Below are positions 11,000-21,902 of a stretch of 64,000 nt of DNA, in pieces. The DNA is from Armatimonadota bacterium. GTDB taxonomy: Bacteria > Armatimonadota > UBA5829 > DSUL01. How positions within the stretch are numbered: the stretch's first letter is position 1; each line of letters starts with the position of its first letter. Where the stretch lies: contig AP024674.1 of assembly GCA_025998755.1 (NCBI GenBank), positions 1,104,162-1,168,161 on the forward strand, given 5' to 3'. The position numbers and the translations under genes are program-made. Below the pieces are notes generated by a model. The model did not search any database and was not told where the DNA came from. It was given only the letters and a program-made list of their open reading frames with translations.

Positions 11000-11614
11000 T
11001 CAGGCCGTTTGAAGACCGGGGGATTCCATTGCCACACTCTCCGCATCGCTCCGTCCCCGCCGGAACGCCTGCAGGTTGACCTCGACGCCCTTGTTCTTCA
11101 ACCGGGCGTGGAAAGCCTCCTCCCACTGCTCCAGGCTGAATGGCAGGTGGCAAGACGCGGCACCGAGCACCGCGGAGTTGATGACGCGCGGATCGCCCAG
11201 TTCGGCGGCGATGCGCGGACCATCCACAAAGACCAGCCTCTTTGCCTGCTGCCGGAGCTGTTGGTCAACATCCGGGGGATAGGTAGCCATCCCCGCCGTC
11301 ACAGTGGAAGGGGCGATAGACTGCCGGTTCACCACGATCAGGCCCTCCGGCTTCAGCGCAGGAAGGTTGCGCAGCGCCTCCAGGCGTTCGAAAGCGATGA
11401 TCAGGTCCACCTCGCCCGGCGCCGCAAGTGGAGAGAAGACCTTCTCCCCGAAACGCACGTCGCACGTGACGCTTCCTCCCCGCTGGCTCATTCCGTGGAC
11501 TTCCGCCTTCTTGACATCCAGACCGGCCGCCAGAGCCACCTCCCCAATCAGATTGCTCGCAAGGACGATGCCCTGCCCCCCCACTCCGACGATCCTGATA
11601 CTCGTTGTCTTCAC
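11000..11614 (-). CDS. iorB: Indolepyruvate ferredoxin oxidoreductase beta subunit
   Basis: GVGGQG, AEVHGMSQRGGSV, FERLEALR; follows iorA with an overlapping stop/start. Confidence 0.92.
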   Translation of the reverse strand: MKTTSIRIVGVGGQGIVLASNLIGEVALAAGLDVKKAEVHGMSQRGGSVTCDVRFGEKVFSPLAAPGEVDLIIAFERLEALRNLPALKPEGLIVVNRQSIAPSTVTAGMATYPPDVDQQLRQQAKRLVFVDGPRIAAELGDPRVINSAVLGAASCHLPFSLEQWEEAFHARLKNKGVEVNLQAFRRGRSDAESVAMESPGLQTA

Positions 11615-13422
11615 CTCTTACTCCTGTCCCTGTGGTTGCCGCCGTGCCTGTCCTCTCCGGCACGGTGAATGGCATGCTTCGGACACATCTGCTCGCACAG
11701 GGAGCAGCCGCGGCACAGCAGCGGATCAATGGATGCGCAGGAGCGTCCGTTGCGGGCATCCTCCGCGCTGCCGGAAAGAGCCGGGCAACCCAGTCGGAAG
11801 CATAGCTGGCACGCGGTGCAGTCTTCCGTCTCCACCACCAGCACCTCGTCGCGGACGTCTGCCTGAAGAGCACACGGGCTTTCCGCCACGACGACTGCCG
11901 GTCCGGGATGGTTGAGGCCCTCTTCGATGGCGCTGCGAGTCTCCTCTATGTTCAGCGGATCCACCCGGCGCACAAATTCAACTCCGATGGCCTCACACAG
12001 CCGGACCAGGTCCAGCACGGGAGCACTCCGACCCATCAATGTCCGGCCCGTCGCTGGATGATCCTGCCCCCCAGTCATGGCGGTGGTCTTGTTGTCCAGA
12101 ATGACCAACGTGATCTTGGTGGAGTTGTAAACAGCGTCTATCAACCCACTGATGCCGGAGTGCACGAACGTGGAATCGCCGATGACCGCCACCAACGGGC
12201 GGTTGTCTTCCGGACTGCGGGCTCTCTCCATTCCGATGGCGCTGCCCACAGACGCCCCCATGCTGATGCAGATATCCAGCGAGGACAGGGGCGGAAGCGC
12301 ACCCAGAGTGTAGCAACCGATATCCCCCGGCACAATGGCGCGCATACGGTTCAGCACCCAGAAGACGCCGCGATGAGGACAGCCGGGGCACAGCACCGGT
12401 GGCCGGGCAGGCAGATCCGGCGGGACGCGCGCAGCAAGCGGCTGTCCGGCAAGCGCGGCGCGGACGATTCCCGGGTCCAGCTCGCCCTCCCGCGGAATCA
12501 GCTCCTTCCCGGAGCACGGGATGCCCATGGCCCGAAGTTCGGTCTCAAGGAACGGGTCTAGCTCCTCCACGACCACCACGCGCTTGACCTCCGAGGCGAA
12601 GCTCATCAGCTTGCGCTCCGGCAGAGGCCAGGTCATCCCCAGCTTGAACACGGAGGCTTCCGGATAGGCCTCCTTGACATAGTGGTAGGCGATGCCGCTG
12701 CAGACGATGCCTATGTCCAGCAGATCCCACTCGATGCGGTTGATGGAATCCTCTTCGGCAAACTCCTTGAGCAGCCGCTCCCTCTCCAGGACCAAACTGT
12801 GCCTGCGGCGGGCGTAGGCGGGAATCATGACGAACTTTCCAGGATCCCGCTCGAAGGGACGCGAGGGCGGCACGGAGCGCTCGCCCGTCTGCACCGGCCC
12901 CGCACTGTGCGCAATACGCGTGGTGGTGCGGATCATCACTGGCGTGTCGAAGCGCTCCGAAAGCTCGAAGGCCAGCTTGGTAAACTCGTAGGCCTCCTGG
13001 CTGTCGGATGGCTCCAGCACGGGGATGGAGGCCATCCGCCCGTAATGCCGGTTGTCCTGCTCGTTCTGGGAACTGTGCATCCCGGGATCGTCCGCGCTGA
13101 TGAAGACCACTCCCCCTCGTACCCCGGTGTAGGCCAAGGTCAGAAGGGGGTCTGCGGCCACGTTCACGCCGACGTGCTTCATGGTGGCAAGGGCGCGGAC
13201 GCCGCCGAAACTGGCTCCGGCCGCCACCTCCATGCTGACCTTCTCGTTGGGAGCCCATTCGCAGTAGACGTCCGGATAGCGGGCCAGGTTTTCGAGGATC
13301 TCTGTCGAAGGGGTGCCGGGATACCCGGACGCCACCTTCACGCCGGCCTCCCAGGCGCCCCGTGCGATGGCCTCGTTGCCGCTCAGAAGCCGCCGGGCAG
13401 CCGCGATTGTAGAATCTGCCAT
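11611..13422 (-). CDS. iorA: Indolepyruvate ferredoxin oxidoreductase alpha subunit
   Basis: LLSGNEAIARG, YPGTPSTEI, SSQNEQDNR, LCPGCPHR, GDIGCY, GDSTF (TPP binding) and two C-terminal CxxCxxC ferredoxin motifs. Confidence 0.94.
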   Translation of the reverse strand: MADSTIAAARRLLSGNEAIARGAWEAGVKVASGYPGTPSTEILENLARYPDVYCEWAPNEKVSMEVAAGASFGGVRALATMKHVGVNVAADPLLTLAYTGVRGGVVFISADDPGMHSSQNEQDNRHYGRMASIPVLEPSDSQEAYEFTKLAFELSERFDTPVMIRTTTRIAHSAGPVQTGERSVPPSRPFERDPGKFVMIPAYARRRHSLVLERERLLKEFAEEDSINRIEWDLLDIGIVCSGIAYHYVKEAYPEASVFKLGMTWPLPERKLMSFASEVKRVVVVEELDPFLETELRAMGIPCSGKELIPREGELDPGIVRAALAGQPLAARVPPDLPARPPVLCPGCPHRGVFWVLNRMRAIVPGDIGCYTLGALPPLSSLDICISMGASVGSAIGMERARSPEDNRPLVAVIGDSTFVHSGISGLIDAVYNSTKITLVILDNKTTAMTGGQDHPATGRTLMGRSAPVLDLVRLCEAIGVEFVRRVDPLNIEETRSAIEEGLNHPGPAVVVAESPCALQADVRDEVLVVETEDCTACQLCFRLGCPALSGSAEDARNGRSCASIDPLLCRGCSLCEQMCPKHAIHRAGEDRHGGNHRDRSKR

Positions 13423-13582
13423 GTGTTTATGGACCTTCCAGTTGCGGGGATCGTGCAAACAGCCTCAAACTAACTTGTCTATGCTACCATTATTGCCCAG
13501 AGCCTTCAAGCACGGCTCCACGCAACGCCGCCAGCAAGACGACCCAGACTTCGGGCAAGAGACTGAGAGGTCAGGCGGCCTG

Positions 13583-14977
13583 TTATTCCTGCCGTCTGGG
13601 AGAGACGAGAAAGGCGATGAGCGATGCCGCAAGGCCGGGCAACATGGGCTCGATGCCAAAAGGATACTGCGGCCAGCCATCCACGGCCCGGGTCAGCCCG
13701 GAGACCAGCCAAGACAGCGCCGTGCCAGCGCCGATCGCCATGCAGGCCGAGCAGCCGGCAGCGGTCATCCTCCGGCGGCCGAAGTAGCTGTTCAAAACGG
13801 GCATGATCAGCCCTGGAACGCATACGCTCCCCAGCGTGTACCAGAGCTGCACCACACTGGGAATGGCGACCGCCAGCGCGACCGCCAGCGCCCCCGTCAC
13901 AAGAATCCCCACACGGGTGTACAAAGTCAGCCGGGAATCATCCTGCTCTCCGCGTAGCCTCCACACCACATCCCGTCCCAGGGTCACGGCTCCCAGGAAC
14001 GTATACGAGAGCACGGTGCTCATGATGGTGGCCAGCAACCCCACATAGAAGAAACCTTTGAGGCCTGAAGGCAAAACGGCTTCGGCAAGAAGGGGATAGC
14101 TCATCTTCGGGTCAGCCAGTCCGGGAAGCGCAGCGCGGGCGTAAAGTCCCGTGGCGATGGTCAGGAAGTCGAAGACCAGCCAGCAGCAGACCGCGATGAA
14201 GATCCCCCGGCGCGCCACATCTTCGCTTCTGGCCGCATAGCAGCGCTGATGGAATCCCGGATCCACCAGCGTCCATACTGCGATCAGAAACCAGACCACA
14301 GTCCGCTGGAAGCCTTCCGATCCCTCCAGACGCAGAAGCTCCGGGGGAAGGTTGGCCGTCAAGAACGAAAGGCCGCCATACTTCAGGACAGCCGCCGGAA
14401 GTATGACACCGAATCCCGCGAACATCAGCAGGAACTGGAAAATGTTGACGCGGATATCCGTAGAGAGACCACCGCGGGCCACGTAGAAAGTGGAAAAGAG
14501 CGTCCCCACCAGAACGCATACCGCAAGACTGGCGCCGGTGACGATCTGCAGCAGAACCCCCAGCATCAAAACATAGGGGGCAGGACTGACCAGCACAAAG
14601 ACGAAAACCGACCCCAGCACCGCCGGCGCTTTTCCGAAAGACTGCGCGAGCCGGTCGGGTATGGTATACAGGGCAGCACGACGCACCGGTCCTGCCAGGA
14701 AGAGGGCAAACAGGATGGCGAAAATGTAATAGGGAATGCCCAGCGCAAGCCAGGTGTACAGCCCCGAAGAGTAGGTGAACTCCCCCACCCCGAGGATCCC
14801 TCCGTACCATGTGGCCACAAGCGTGGCCACGAAAGCAGGAAGACTGACTCGGCGCCCTGCAACCAGATAGGCTTCCGCGTCCCCTCCCCGAAAGCGGTGA
14901 AGCCCCATGCCCACCGCCACGGTCGCGGCTAGGTACAACGCAATGACGGCCAGATCCGGCCCGCTCAGAGAGATCAC
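13583..14977 (-). CDS. Sodium:solute symporter, probable thiamine or thiamine-precursor transporter
   Basis: SSS motifs (YLVAGR, ATWYGGILGVGE, DPGFHQRCYAA). Last gene of the TPP-riboswitch operon; its GTG start overlaps the thiN stop. Confidence 0.85.
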   Translation of the reverse strand: MISLSGPDLAVIALYLAATVAVGMGLHRFRGGDAEAYLVAGRRVSLPAFVATLVATWYGGILGVGEFTYSSGLYTWLALGIPYYIFAILFALFLAGPVRRAALYTIPDRLAQSFGKAPAVLGSVFVFVLVSPAPYVLMLGVLLQIVTGASLAVCVLVGTLFSTFYVARGGLSTDIRVNIFQFLLMFAGFGVILPAAVLKYGGLSFLTANLPPELLRLEGSEGFQRTVVWFLIAVWTLVDPGFHQRCYAARSEDVARRGIFIAVCCWLVFDFLTIATGLYARAALPGLADPKMSYPLLAEAVLPSGLKGFFYVGLLATIMSTVLSYTFLGAVTLGRDVVWRLRGEQDDSRLTLYTRVGILVTGALAVALAVAIPSVVQLWYTLGSVCVPGLIMPVLNSYFGRRRMTAAGCSACMAIGAGTALSWLVSGLTRAVDGWPQYPFGIEPMLPGLAASLIAFLVSPRRQE

Positions 14978-15640
14978 TTCGCCGGAACCGGAGCGAAAAC
15001 CGGCTCGCCCCCGCCGCCTCTTTCCACGCAGACCAGCAACGGAGCGCCCTGGCACTCGATGCGCACCAGGCCGCCGCAAGCCAGATTGCTCAGTCCATCC
15101 TTCACGCCCATCTCCAGCTTCAGACCGCGCAAGGGATACAATAGTCCCTCGGACGTCACGGTGCACGGTCCAAACAGTGGCAGAAGCGAGATGCGCAGCT
15201 CACCCGCGGGCTGCCACTCCCAGCATCCTTCCACAGCGAAGAGGTCCTGGCGGCGATCATGGAAGGTGACGCTGAGCAATCCCCGGTATTTCATCAGAAG
15301 ACCCATGTTCGCCAACGCGTGATCCGGTTCGCGGCCAAGCGCTCCTGCCACCGAAACATCCCGCCAGCCCTTATCTGCCACCCAGCCAAGCCCTTTGTCC
15401 AGATCGCTGGATTCCTGGTCATCCAGTCGCACCCATTCCACACCGGCGAATGCGCCACGGGCCGCCCGGCTGGCGCTGTCGAAGTCGCCGAGGACGACAT
15501 CGGGCATATCCCCCAGCTTGCGCGCCGAGTCTGCCCCTCCGTCCACGCACACCAGCGCCGCGCAGCAAGCACGCAGTTTCTTCCAGAGCTTGCGCCCCGG
15601 AGCCCGCCCGTTCGCCAGCAGAAGCACTCTTCCGTGCGGC

Positions 15641-15669
<29 letters not shown>
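14974..15669 (-). CDS. thiN: Thiamine pyrophosphokinase
   Basis: [41 protein letters not shown] and GLSN. The start may be 15648. Confidence 0.9.
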
Positions 15670-16354
<685 letters not shown>

Positions 16355-16455
16355 ATCTGGCTCCTCGGGGATCTGGAGAACGCCGGACGCCGAAAAACGC
16401 GGCCGACTCCTCCGGTCCTGGAGCTGATGACGTTGGTGAGGCCGGATGGTCTTGC

Positions 16456-16580
16456 CTCGCTTTCCTTCGCCGGCATTACCCGGATCAGGTTCAAGGGGTC
16501 GGCTCCGGTGAGCCTCTCAGCCGCCACGGGCAATCACGGATAAGGTTTCCGCACATCCCGCAGCAGGCTCCCCCAGCGAT
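16456..16580 (-). ncRNA. TPP riboswitch (THI box)
   Basis: The minus strand reads CGCTGGGGGAGC...GGCTGAGAGG...GACCCCTTGAACCTGATCCGGGTAATGCCGGCGAAGGAAAGCG, with all hallmark TPP motifs, upstream of thiN. Confidence 0.93.
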
Positions 16581-16620
16581 GGCGCCCGCAATCGCGCCTG
16601 CGGGCGGGCTTCACGGAGTC

Positions 16621-16649
16621 ATCTTACCCCGCGCACCGGCAGAAGACAA
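16621..16649 (-). promoter_or_regulatory. Putative sigma70 promoter of the TPP operon
   Basis: TTGTCT-17bp-TAAGAT on the minus strand, about 40 bp upstream of the aptamer. Confidence 0.55.
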
Positions 16650-16822
16650 CACGATCTTCTCGGCGGACGTTCGATTTCCCCGAACGGTCCCTCCCTGGAG
16701 CCGATTGGATACGACGAAAGCGGCGCTTGCCTGCTCCAGAGTCGCGCCGCTTTCGCGAGGAATAATCTTAATAAGATCGATAATGCTAACGGTGGCGTTG
16801 CTGCAGAAGGAGCCCCACCCAA

Positions 16823-17086
16823 TCATTGCACGTAGAGGGCATCGGGGAGAATCCCCAGCATCCGAGCTCGGTGCAAAGCCTGCATCCTGTTGGTGGCCTG
16901 CAGCTTGCGATAGATGCGGTTGAGGTGATAGTCCACTGTTCTCTTGGAGCAGAACAGTGCCTCCGCAACCTCCTTGTTGGATTCCCCTGTCAACGCCCGG
17001 GTGAGAACCTCAAGTTCTCTCCGGGTCAGCCTGACCGGTGGGTGCTTGTCCTGGCGGTTATTAGCCGGTGAATCCACTGCGTCCAC
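16823..17086 (-). CDS. Small LuxR-type HTH transcriptional regulator
   Basis: LTRRELEVL...GESNKEVAEALFCSKRTVDYHLNRIYRKL. GTG start behind AAGGAG. Confidence 0.88.
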   Translation of the reverse strand: MDAVDSPANNRQDKHPPVRLTRRELEVLTRALTGESNKEVAEALFCSKRTVDYHLNRIYRKLQATNRMQALHRARMLGILPDALYVQ

Positions 17087-17485
17087 TCTCCTTTTCGTGC
17101 TGTCCGAATCGCCCGCCCGCAGCAATCCGATGAGGCTGCTGCAGAGATCTATCGTTGCGGGCCGGGTGCGATCGAATGGCGACCTCACTTTCAGTCTATC
17201 CCGACCGCATTGCGCGGATGTTTAGACCCGGTCGCATTTGCATCATCGACGCCTCAGCGCGTCACTTTGTTCCCGTTGTGGCCATGTTACCCGGCTGGTG
17301 GGGCGATGAAACAGCCAGGGACAGAAGCCGGACATCCGGCCCGAACTCCTGTGGTTTCAACACCTCCGGTTCCGCCGGACGGCTGAACCAACGTAGTTGC
17401 TTGGTCCGGAAACACATTCTCCGAACAGAGAATGCGACACCGAAACGATGCCCCACAACCCCAGCAGACAATGCGACTCAGAGCA

Positions 17486-18232
17486 TCAGTCGGCGGTTTC
17501 CGAGTCTGAAGCGTCCCGGAGACGGCAAAGCAGGTGTGTGAAGGCGGCGAGGTCGCCCTCCCATACAGGAGGAGTCTGGATTGGCCTGCGCTCTGTGGCG
17601 CTGCTGCGGACAAGAAATGTCCTGATGCCGAGCTCGCGCGCCACCATGTCCCACTCCTCATCCCCTATGAGCACGCACTCCGATGCGCAGCAGCCCAGGC
17701 TGTCCAGCAGACTCCGGTAATAAAGAAGGTTCGGTTTGCAGGCGCGTGAGTTCTCGTAAGTGGTAACCGCCTCGAAGTCGGACTCGTGCAGGCCGGCCCA
17801 GTGCATCCGCTGAAAGATGGCGGTCGCAGGAAACAAAGGGTTGGTGGCCAAGGCGAGCCGATAACCCAGATCGCGCGCGGACTGGACCGTCTGCCGGGCC
17901 AGAGGGATGTTTTCGGTGAGCGCACGCAGCGCGGGATACTTCTCACGGTAATACCGGTCGAAGACAGGTTGCAATTCCTCCCGCGTGCGGCCAGCCAGTG
18001 GATAGAAGAAACGATTGAACACCTCCTCATTGCTAGCGGTCCCGTCGTTTTCGATCATGGCCCGGGTAGCACGGCGGAGGTGTGCGATGAAGGACTCCCT
18101 GTCCATCAGATCCCGGACGCACTCCGCCAGACCATCATAGTAGGCCGGAAGGAACAGATGCATTCGGCTTTCGATGAGGGTGCCATCCAGATCGAACAGG
18201 ATGGTGGTGACGCGGCTTTCGGATCGGCTCAC
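17486..18232 (-). CDS. HAD-superfamily hydrolase
   Basis: ILFDLDGTL (motif I), LATNP, CKPN and LIGDEEWD. Start uncertain. Confidence 0.88.
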   Translation of the reverse strand: MSRSESRVTTILFDLDGTLIESRMHLFLPAYYDGLAECVRDLMDRESFIAHLRRATRAMIENDGTASNEEVFNRFFYPLAGRTREELQPVFDRYYREKYPALRALTENIPLARQTVQSARDLGYRLALATNPLFPATAIFQRMHWAGLHESDFEAVTTYENSRACKPNLLYYRSLLDSLGCCASECVLIGDEEWDMVARELGIRTFLVRSSATERRPIQTPPVWEGDLAAFTHLLCRLRDASDSETAD

Positions 18233-18333
18233 GGCGGCAAAGGCTCCCCGGCAGAATTGGCGTTGCCGGCAAGGACTATAATGGACTGTCCGACCGCGCC
18301 GCAACGGGCGCGGCGTTCAACCGGGAGGCGCGA

Positions 18334-18894
18334 TTGGACTTCGTAAACATTGCTGGCATAGCCCTCGGCCTGGCGATGGACGCCTTCGCCGTGGCCATAG
18401 CATCCAGCATCACTCTGGGCTCAGTCTCTCCCCGGCAGGTCTTCCGCCTTGCCTTCCACTTCGGACTGTTCCAGGCCATGATGCCGGTCCTGGGCTGGCT
18501 GGCCGGGAAATCGGTGGCGGACGTATTCCGACAGTGGGACCACTGGGTGGCGTTCGGCCTGCTGGCGTTCATCGGCATACGGGCGATCCGCGCCGCGCTA
18601 ACGGATGATCCCAACGAAGACGTTCCCGATCCCACCCGCGGCATTTCCCTGGTGATGCTCTCTGTGGCGACCAGCATTGATGCGCTTGCGGTAGGGCTCA
18701 GCTTTGCGATGCTTCACGTGCGCATCTGGTATCCGGCTCTTGTCATCGGCATTGTTGCCGCCACGATGACCACCCTGGGGATGCTGCTGGGCACCCGGCT
18801 GGGAAGCCGCTTCGGACGCAATACGGAGATCGCCGGAGGGATGATTCTCATCATCATCGGCCTGAACATCCTGATCCAGCACCTCAGGGAGTGA
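18334..18894 (+). CDS. mntP: Manganese efflux pump MntP
   Basis: LGLAMDAFAVAI, FGLFQAMMP, DHWVAF and ATSIDALAVG. Confidence 0.92.
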   Translation: MDFVNIAGIALGLAMDAFAVAIASSITLGSVSPRQVFRLAFHFGLFQAMMPVLGWLAGKSVADVFRQWDHWVAFGLLAFIGIRAIRAALTDDPNEDVPDPTRGISLVMLSVATSIDALAVGLSFAMLHVRIWYPALVIGIVAATMTTLGMLLGTRLGSRFGRNTEIAGGMILIIIGLNILIQHLRE

Positions 18895-18906
18895 CCCCGA
18901 ACTTTC

Positions 18907-20259
18907 TCACTTCACCTCCTCCGGCCGTTCAAACTCGCCGCTCATTTTAGGCGGAAGCCGGAAAACCCGACCGTCCCGCGTGGCGAAGTAGAGGAAGGAG
19001 GGTGATTCCTTCAGAGTGTCCCCGTCCGCCCAGAGTGCGTAGAAATCGGGCTGAGCGTCCACCGGCCGACGTGCATACGTATGATTGCGTGGGCTGTCTC
19101 GCGTGAGCTGCTTTTCCCGCCTCCACGTCAGCCCTCGATCCTTGCTGATCCACATGACCATCTCGCCGCCTGTATCCCACGGAAAGGGACCGGGCTCCGT
19201 GGGAGCAATGACACGCCACGTCCCATCCTCCTCGATGTAAAGCGATCCGTGATGATAGTTATGGTCAGACGTGGTGACGCTGCGGATGATCCAGCGGGCG
19301 CCGTCCCAGCGCGCCGTCCGCCAGATGCGGGGGCCACTCTCGGGAACGGGTTGATGCCCCCTGCTGGTCAGATAGAGCAGCACTGGCCGGCCATCCGCGT
19401 CGAACTGCAGATCCTTGAGGTAAACCAGCAGTCCTTCCGAGCGGTAGTCGTGCACAAGGGCGGGGTTCGCGATGTCCGTCAGCGGGATCTGCAGGGACTG
19501 CCCGGCAGCATGCGTCCATTTGCGGCCCATGTCCACAGTCTCGACGTAGTAAAGATTGGTGCGCCTGTCCAGCCCTTCCGGGTGGCAGTTGAACATCGAG
19601 CCCACCCGCTCGCCAGAGCGCCAGGTGACCTGATAATGCCCGAAGAAGCTCGCGAGCAGCCGGGGCTCATCCCAGGCCATCCCGTCCGCGCTGGTCATCC
19701 AGAACAGCTCCCGGATTCCCTGCCTGTAGCGGGTGTGCATCAACATGAACCCCTGTCCCGGGATGAACCAGGGCTGCCCGTAGCTGAAATTGGTCTTCAG
19801 CACCTGCTGGAAGCTGTCAATATCGTAGGGACGATCGCTCCGGAAGATATGGGACGGCCTCGCCGTGCCGTGCGAGTTGCCAAAGATCCAGATGTGCCCG
19901 AGCTCGTCCAGAGCCATGGTGGGGTTGTCGTGGGCATCATCCGTCTGCTTGTCGAACAGGATACGCGGACGCGGGACCCGTCCGGTGCGATGGTCGTAGT
20001 AGGAAACCATGTACAGCAACCTGCGCTCGCCCTTCACCGTGCCGCCGTAGCAAAAGAAGGTCTTCTTGACGGCAGGAGCGTAGATGGCGATGGGGAGCTG
20101 CTGCTGCGGATACGTTCCCAGACCACCGCTGTATTTGCGCCCCATTTCGTACCAGATGCCGCGGTAGCCGTCATCCCGTGGCAGCGCCTGAGCGGAGCAA
20201 AACCCGGAGGCTCCTGAAAGAAGCAGAATGACACCGGCGGCGAGTGTAATGTGGCTCAT
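18907..20259 (-). CDS. Secreted BNR-4 repeat (beta-propeller) protein
   Basis: Signal peptide, DAHDNPTM and Asp-box motifs (SADGMAW, TVDMGRKW, SKDRGLTW). Confidence 0.75.
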   Translation of the reverse strand: MSHITLAAGVILLLSGASGFCSAQALPRDDGYRGIWYEMGRKYSGGLGTYPQQQLPIAIYAPAVKKTFFCYGGTVKGERRLLYMVSYYDHRTGRVPRPRILFDKQTDDAHDNPTMALDELGHIWIFGNSHGTARPSHIFRSDRPYDIDSFQQVLKTNFSYGQPWFIPGQGFMLMHTRYRQGIRELFWMTSADGMAWDEPRLLASFFGHYQVTWRSGERVGSMFNCHPEGLDRRTNLYYVETVDMGRKWTHAAGQSLQIPLTDIANPALVHDYRSEGLLVYLKDLQFDADGRPVLLYLTSRGHQPVPESGPRIWRTARWDGARWIIRSVTTSDHNYHHGSLYIEEDGTWRVIAPTEPGPFPWDTGGEMVMWISKDRGLTWRREKQLTRDSPRNHTYARRPVDAQPDFYALWADGDTLKESPSFLYFATRDGRVFRLPPKMSGEFERPEEVK

Positions 20260-20373
20260 CGAAGCCCTCCTGGAAGCAGGCGGAGATGCGCCCCATGATA
20301 CCGCCCTGCCCCGCCGACTCACAAGAGGGGCTCTTGAAAGGCCGCCGTTATTTGAACCGAAGAGGAAGGTCCT

Positions 20374-20679
20374 ATGGAAGTGCCGGTCTTGATGCAGTTG
20401 AGGATGCAGTATCAGGAGGAGTTGGGCGAAGATGCCCGCCTCCGGGAGCATCTAGCCGTTATCAAGACGGTCAACCAGGCCATCGGGCAGGGACGATTCC
20501 CGGTGCAGGTGGTCCGCGTGCTAGCAAACCTTTCCAAGAACCAGTGGATCACTGCCATCACAAACGCAGTGAAGCACTGCAAGGGCGAGGACGAGGTGGT
20601 GGCGTTCTTCATTCTGAGCTCCCTGCGGGAAGGGCTGGTGCCGGAGGGCGCCTCACCGCCGCCGCCATCGGAGCCCTGA
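20374..20679 (+). CDS. Hypothetical protein
   Basis: ATG with RBS GAGGAAGG and host-like codon usage; no motif recognised. Confidence 0.6.
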   Translation: MEVPVLMQLRMQYQEELGEDARLREHLAVIKTVNQAIGQGRFPVQVVRVLANLSKNQWITAITNAVKHCKGEDEVVAFFILSSLREGLVPEGASPPPPSEP

Positions 20680-20954
20680 ACCGCCACTCCCGGGCCGCGC
20701 CGATATAGCCGCAACCTGAACCTACGGTGGTCGAGTAGCGCGCCGGAAGGCGCGAGTATCGAGACCACTTGCTGCAGTCTACGATGCCGCCACGTCCGCC
20801 TCCGGCGGACGTCCGAGCCAACTTGAGAGAGTTACCGAAAGGGCGCTTTCCCCGCTCATCTTAGCCTTCTACCGCCACAAGAGAAGAAGGTTCTTTGTTG
20901 TCCTCGCCGAAGCCTGACCACCGTTTCTGTATGCTTGCGTCAACGACAAGGGAA

Positions 20955-20987
20955 CGAAAGACCCTCTCCCTTAGCGGGAGAGGGTCT
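20955..20987 (-). terminator. Rho-independent terminator
   Basis: AGACCCTCTCCC/GGGAGAGGGTCT 12-bp stem followed by TTCGTT on the minus strand, after the 21020-21751 gene. Confidence 0.7.
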
Positions 20988-21019
20988 GAGTCAAGGCGAA
21001 ACTCGTCGACGCGGAGAGG

Positions 21020-21751
21020 CTACCTGGACCAGGCGCTACGGTCGTTCTCCCGCTGGAATGCAACGTGACTGTCCAGGAAAAGCACGTTCCAGCCGCCCCT
21101 GTGCATCAGAACTCCACCCGCAGCACTGTCGGCTGGGGTCAGATAGATGGAGTTGACGCGCCGATCCCAAACCACAGGGATGGTGGAAGGCGAGTCGTTC
21201 TTGAAGTTGCCGGCAAACGGGTTACTGGCTGGATAACTCCAGTCCATCGTCTCGTCGATCAGCCGCCCGGCAAGCCCGCGATTGCTGGGCACGCCCGGCC
21301 CCTCCGTCCATCCCCCGTCGGCGCGTGTTGGATCCGGCGGGATGGCCGCCGCAAACATGTTGAAATGATAGGCGAAGTTCTGATTCTTCCGGCTGGTCAG
21401 ATCGCTATTGACGGGATCATTGTAAGGAATCTTCGGATCTATCCTCACCGGATTAGAAGGGCAGTGCCAAACCTCCATGTTGTTGGAGGTGTACGGCTTC
21501 AGCTTCACACCGATGAAGTAAGGTCCGGAGCCGAACCACCAGCACGCCACTGGCAACCTGCCCTTGTGGTCGTCGGCGTACATCATCAGAGCTTTGCCAA
21601 TCTGGTTCATCCCGCTGCGGCAAGAGGACGCCCGCGCATTCTCACGGGCGGCGGAGAACACAGGAAACAGGATTGCGGCGAGGATCGCAATGATCGCGAT
21701 GACGACCAGCAGTTCGATAAGGGTGAAACCTCTGCTCTTGCGCAGACACAT
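21020..21751 (-). CDS. Prepilin-type N-terminal cleavage/methylation, H-X9-DG-like protein
   Basis: [31 protein letters not shown] and C-terminal [13 protein letters not shown]. Start set at MCLRKSRG. Confidence 0.88.
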   Translation of the reverse strand: MCLRKSRGFTLIELLVVIAIIAILAAILFPVFSAARENARASSCRSGMNQIGKALMMYADDHKGRLPVACWWFGSGPYFIGVKLKPYTSNNMEVWHCPSNPVRIDPKIPYNDPVNSDLTSRKNQNFAYHFNMFAAAIPPDPTRADGGWTEGPGVPSNRGLAGRLIDETMDWSYPASNPFAGNFKNDSPSTIPVVWDRRVNSIYLTPADSAAGGVLMHRGGWNVLFLDSHVAFQRENDRSAWSR

Positions 21752-21902
21752 CTCAGAATCCCTCCACCATGCGTTTCGACTTACGACGGACTTGGAGCGG
21801 CCCCCACACGGTGCGCAACCGGTTTCACAACCGGCCTCGTCTCTGATTATATTATGCGCCGCCATGGCGGTCAAGATGAGAGCAGGTGAAATTCGGGAAT
21901 TC

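Noticed and set aside
9012-11153. 713-aa minus-strand ORF overlapping the symporter
   Set aside because: Alternate-frame R/G/A-rich read of the SSS gene.
18233-18333. Possible yybP-ykoY manganese riboswitch before mntP
   Set aside because: The region is short and I could not find the conserved motifs; only a TATAAT and a small hairpin are present.
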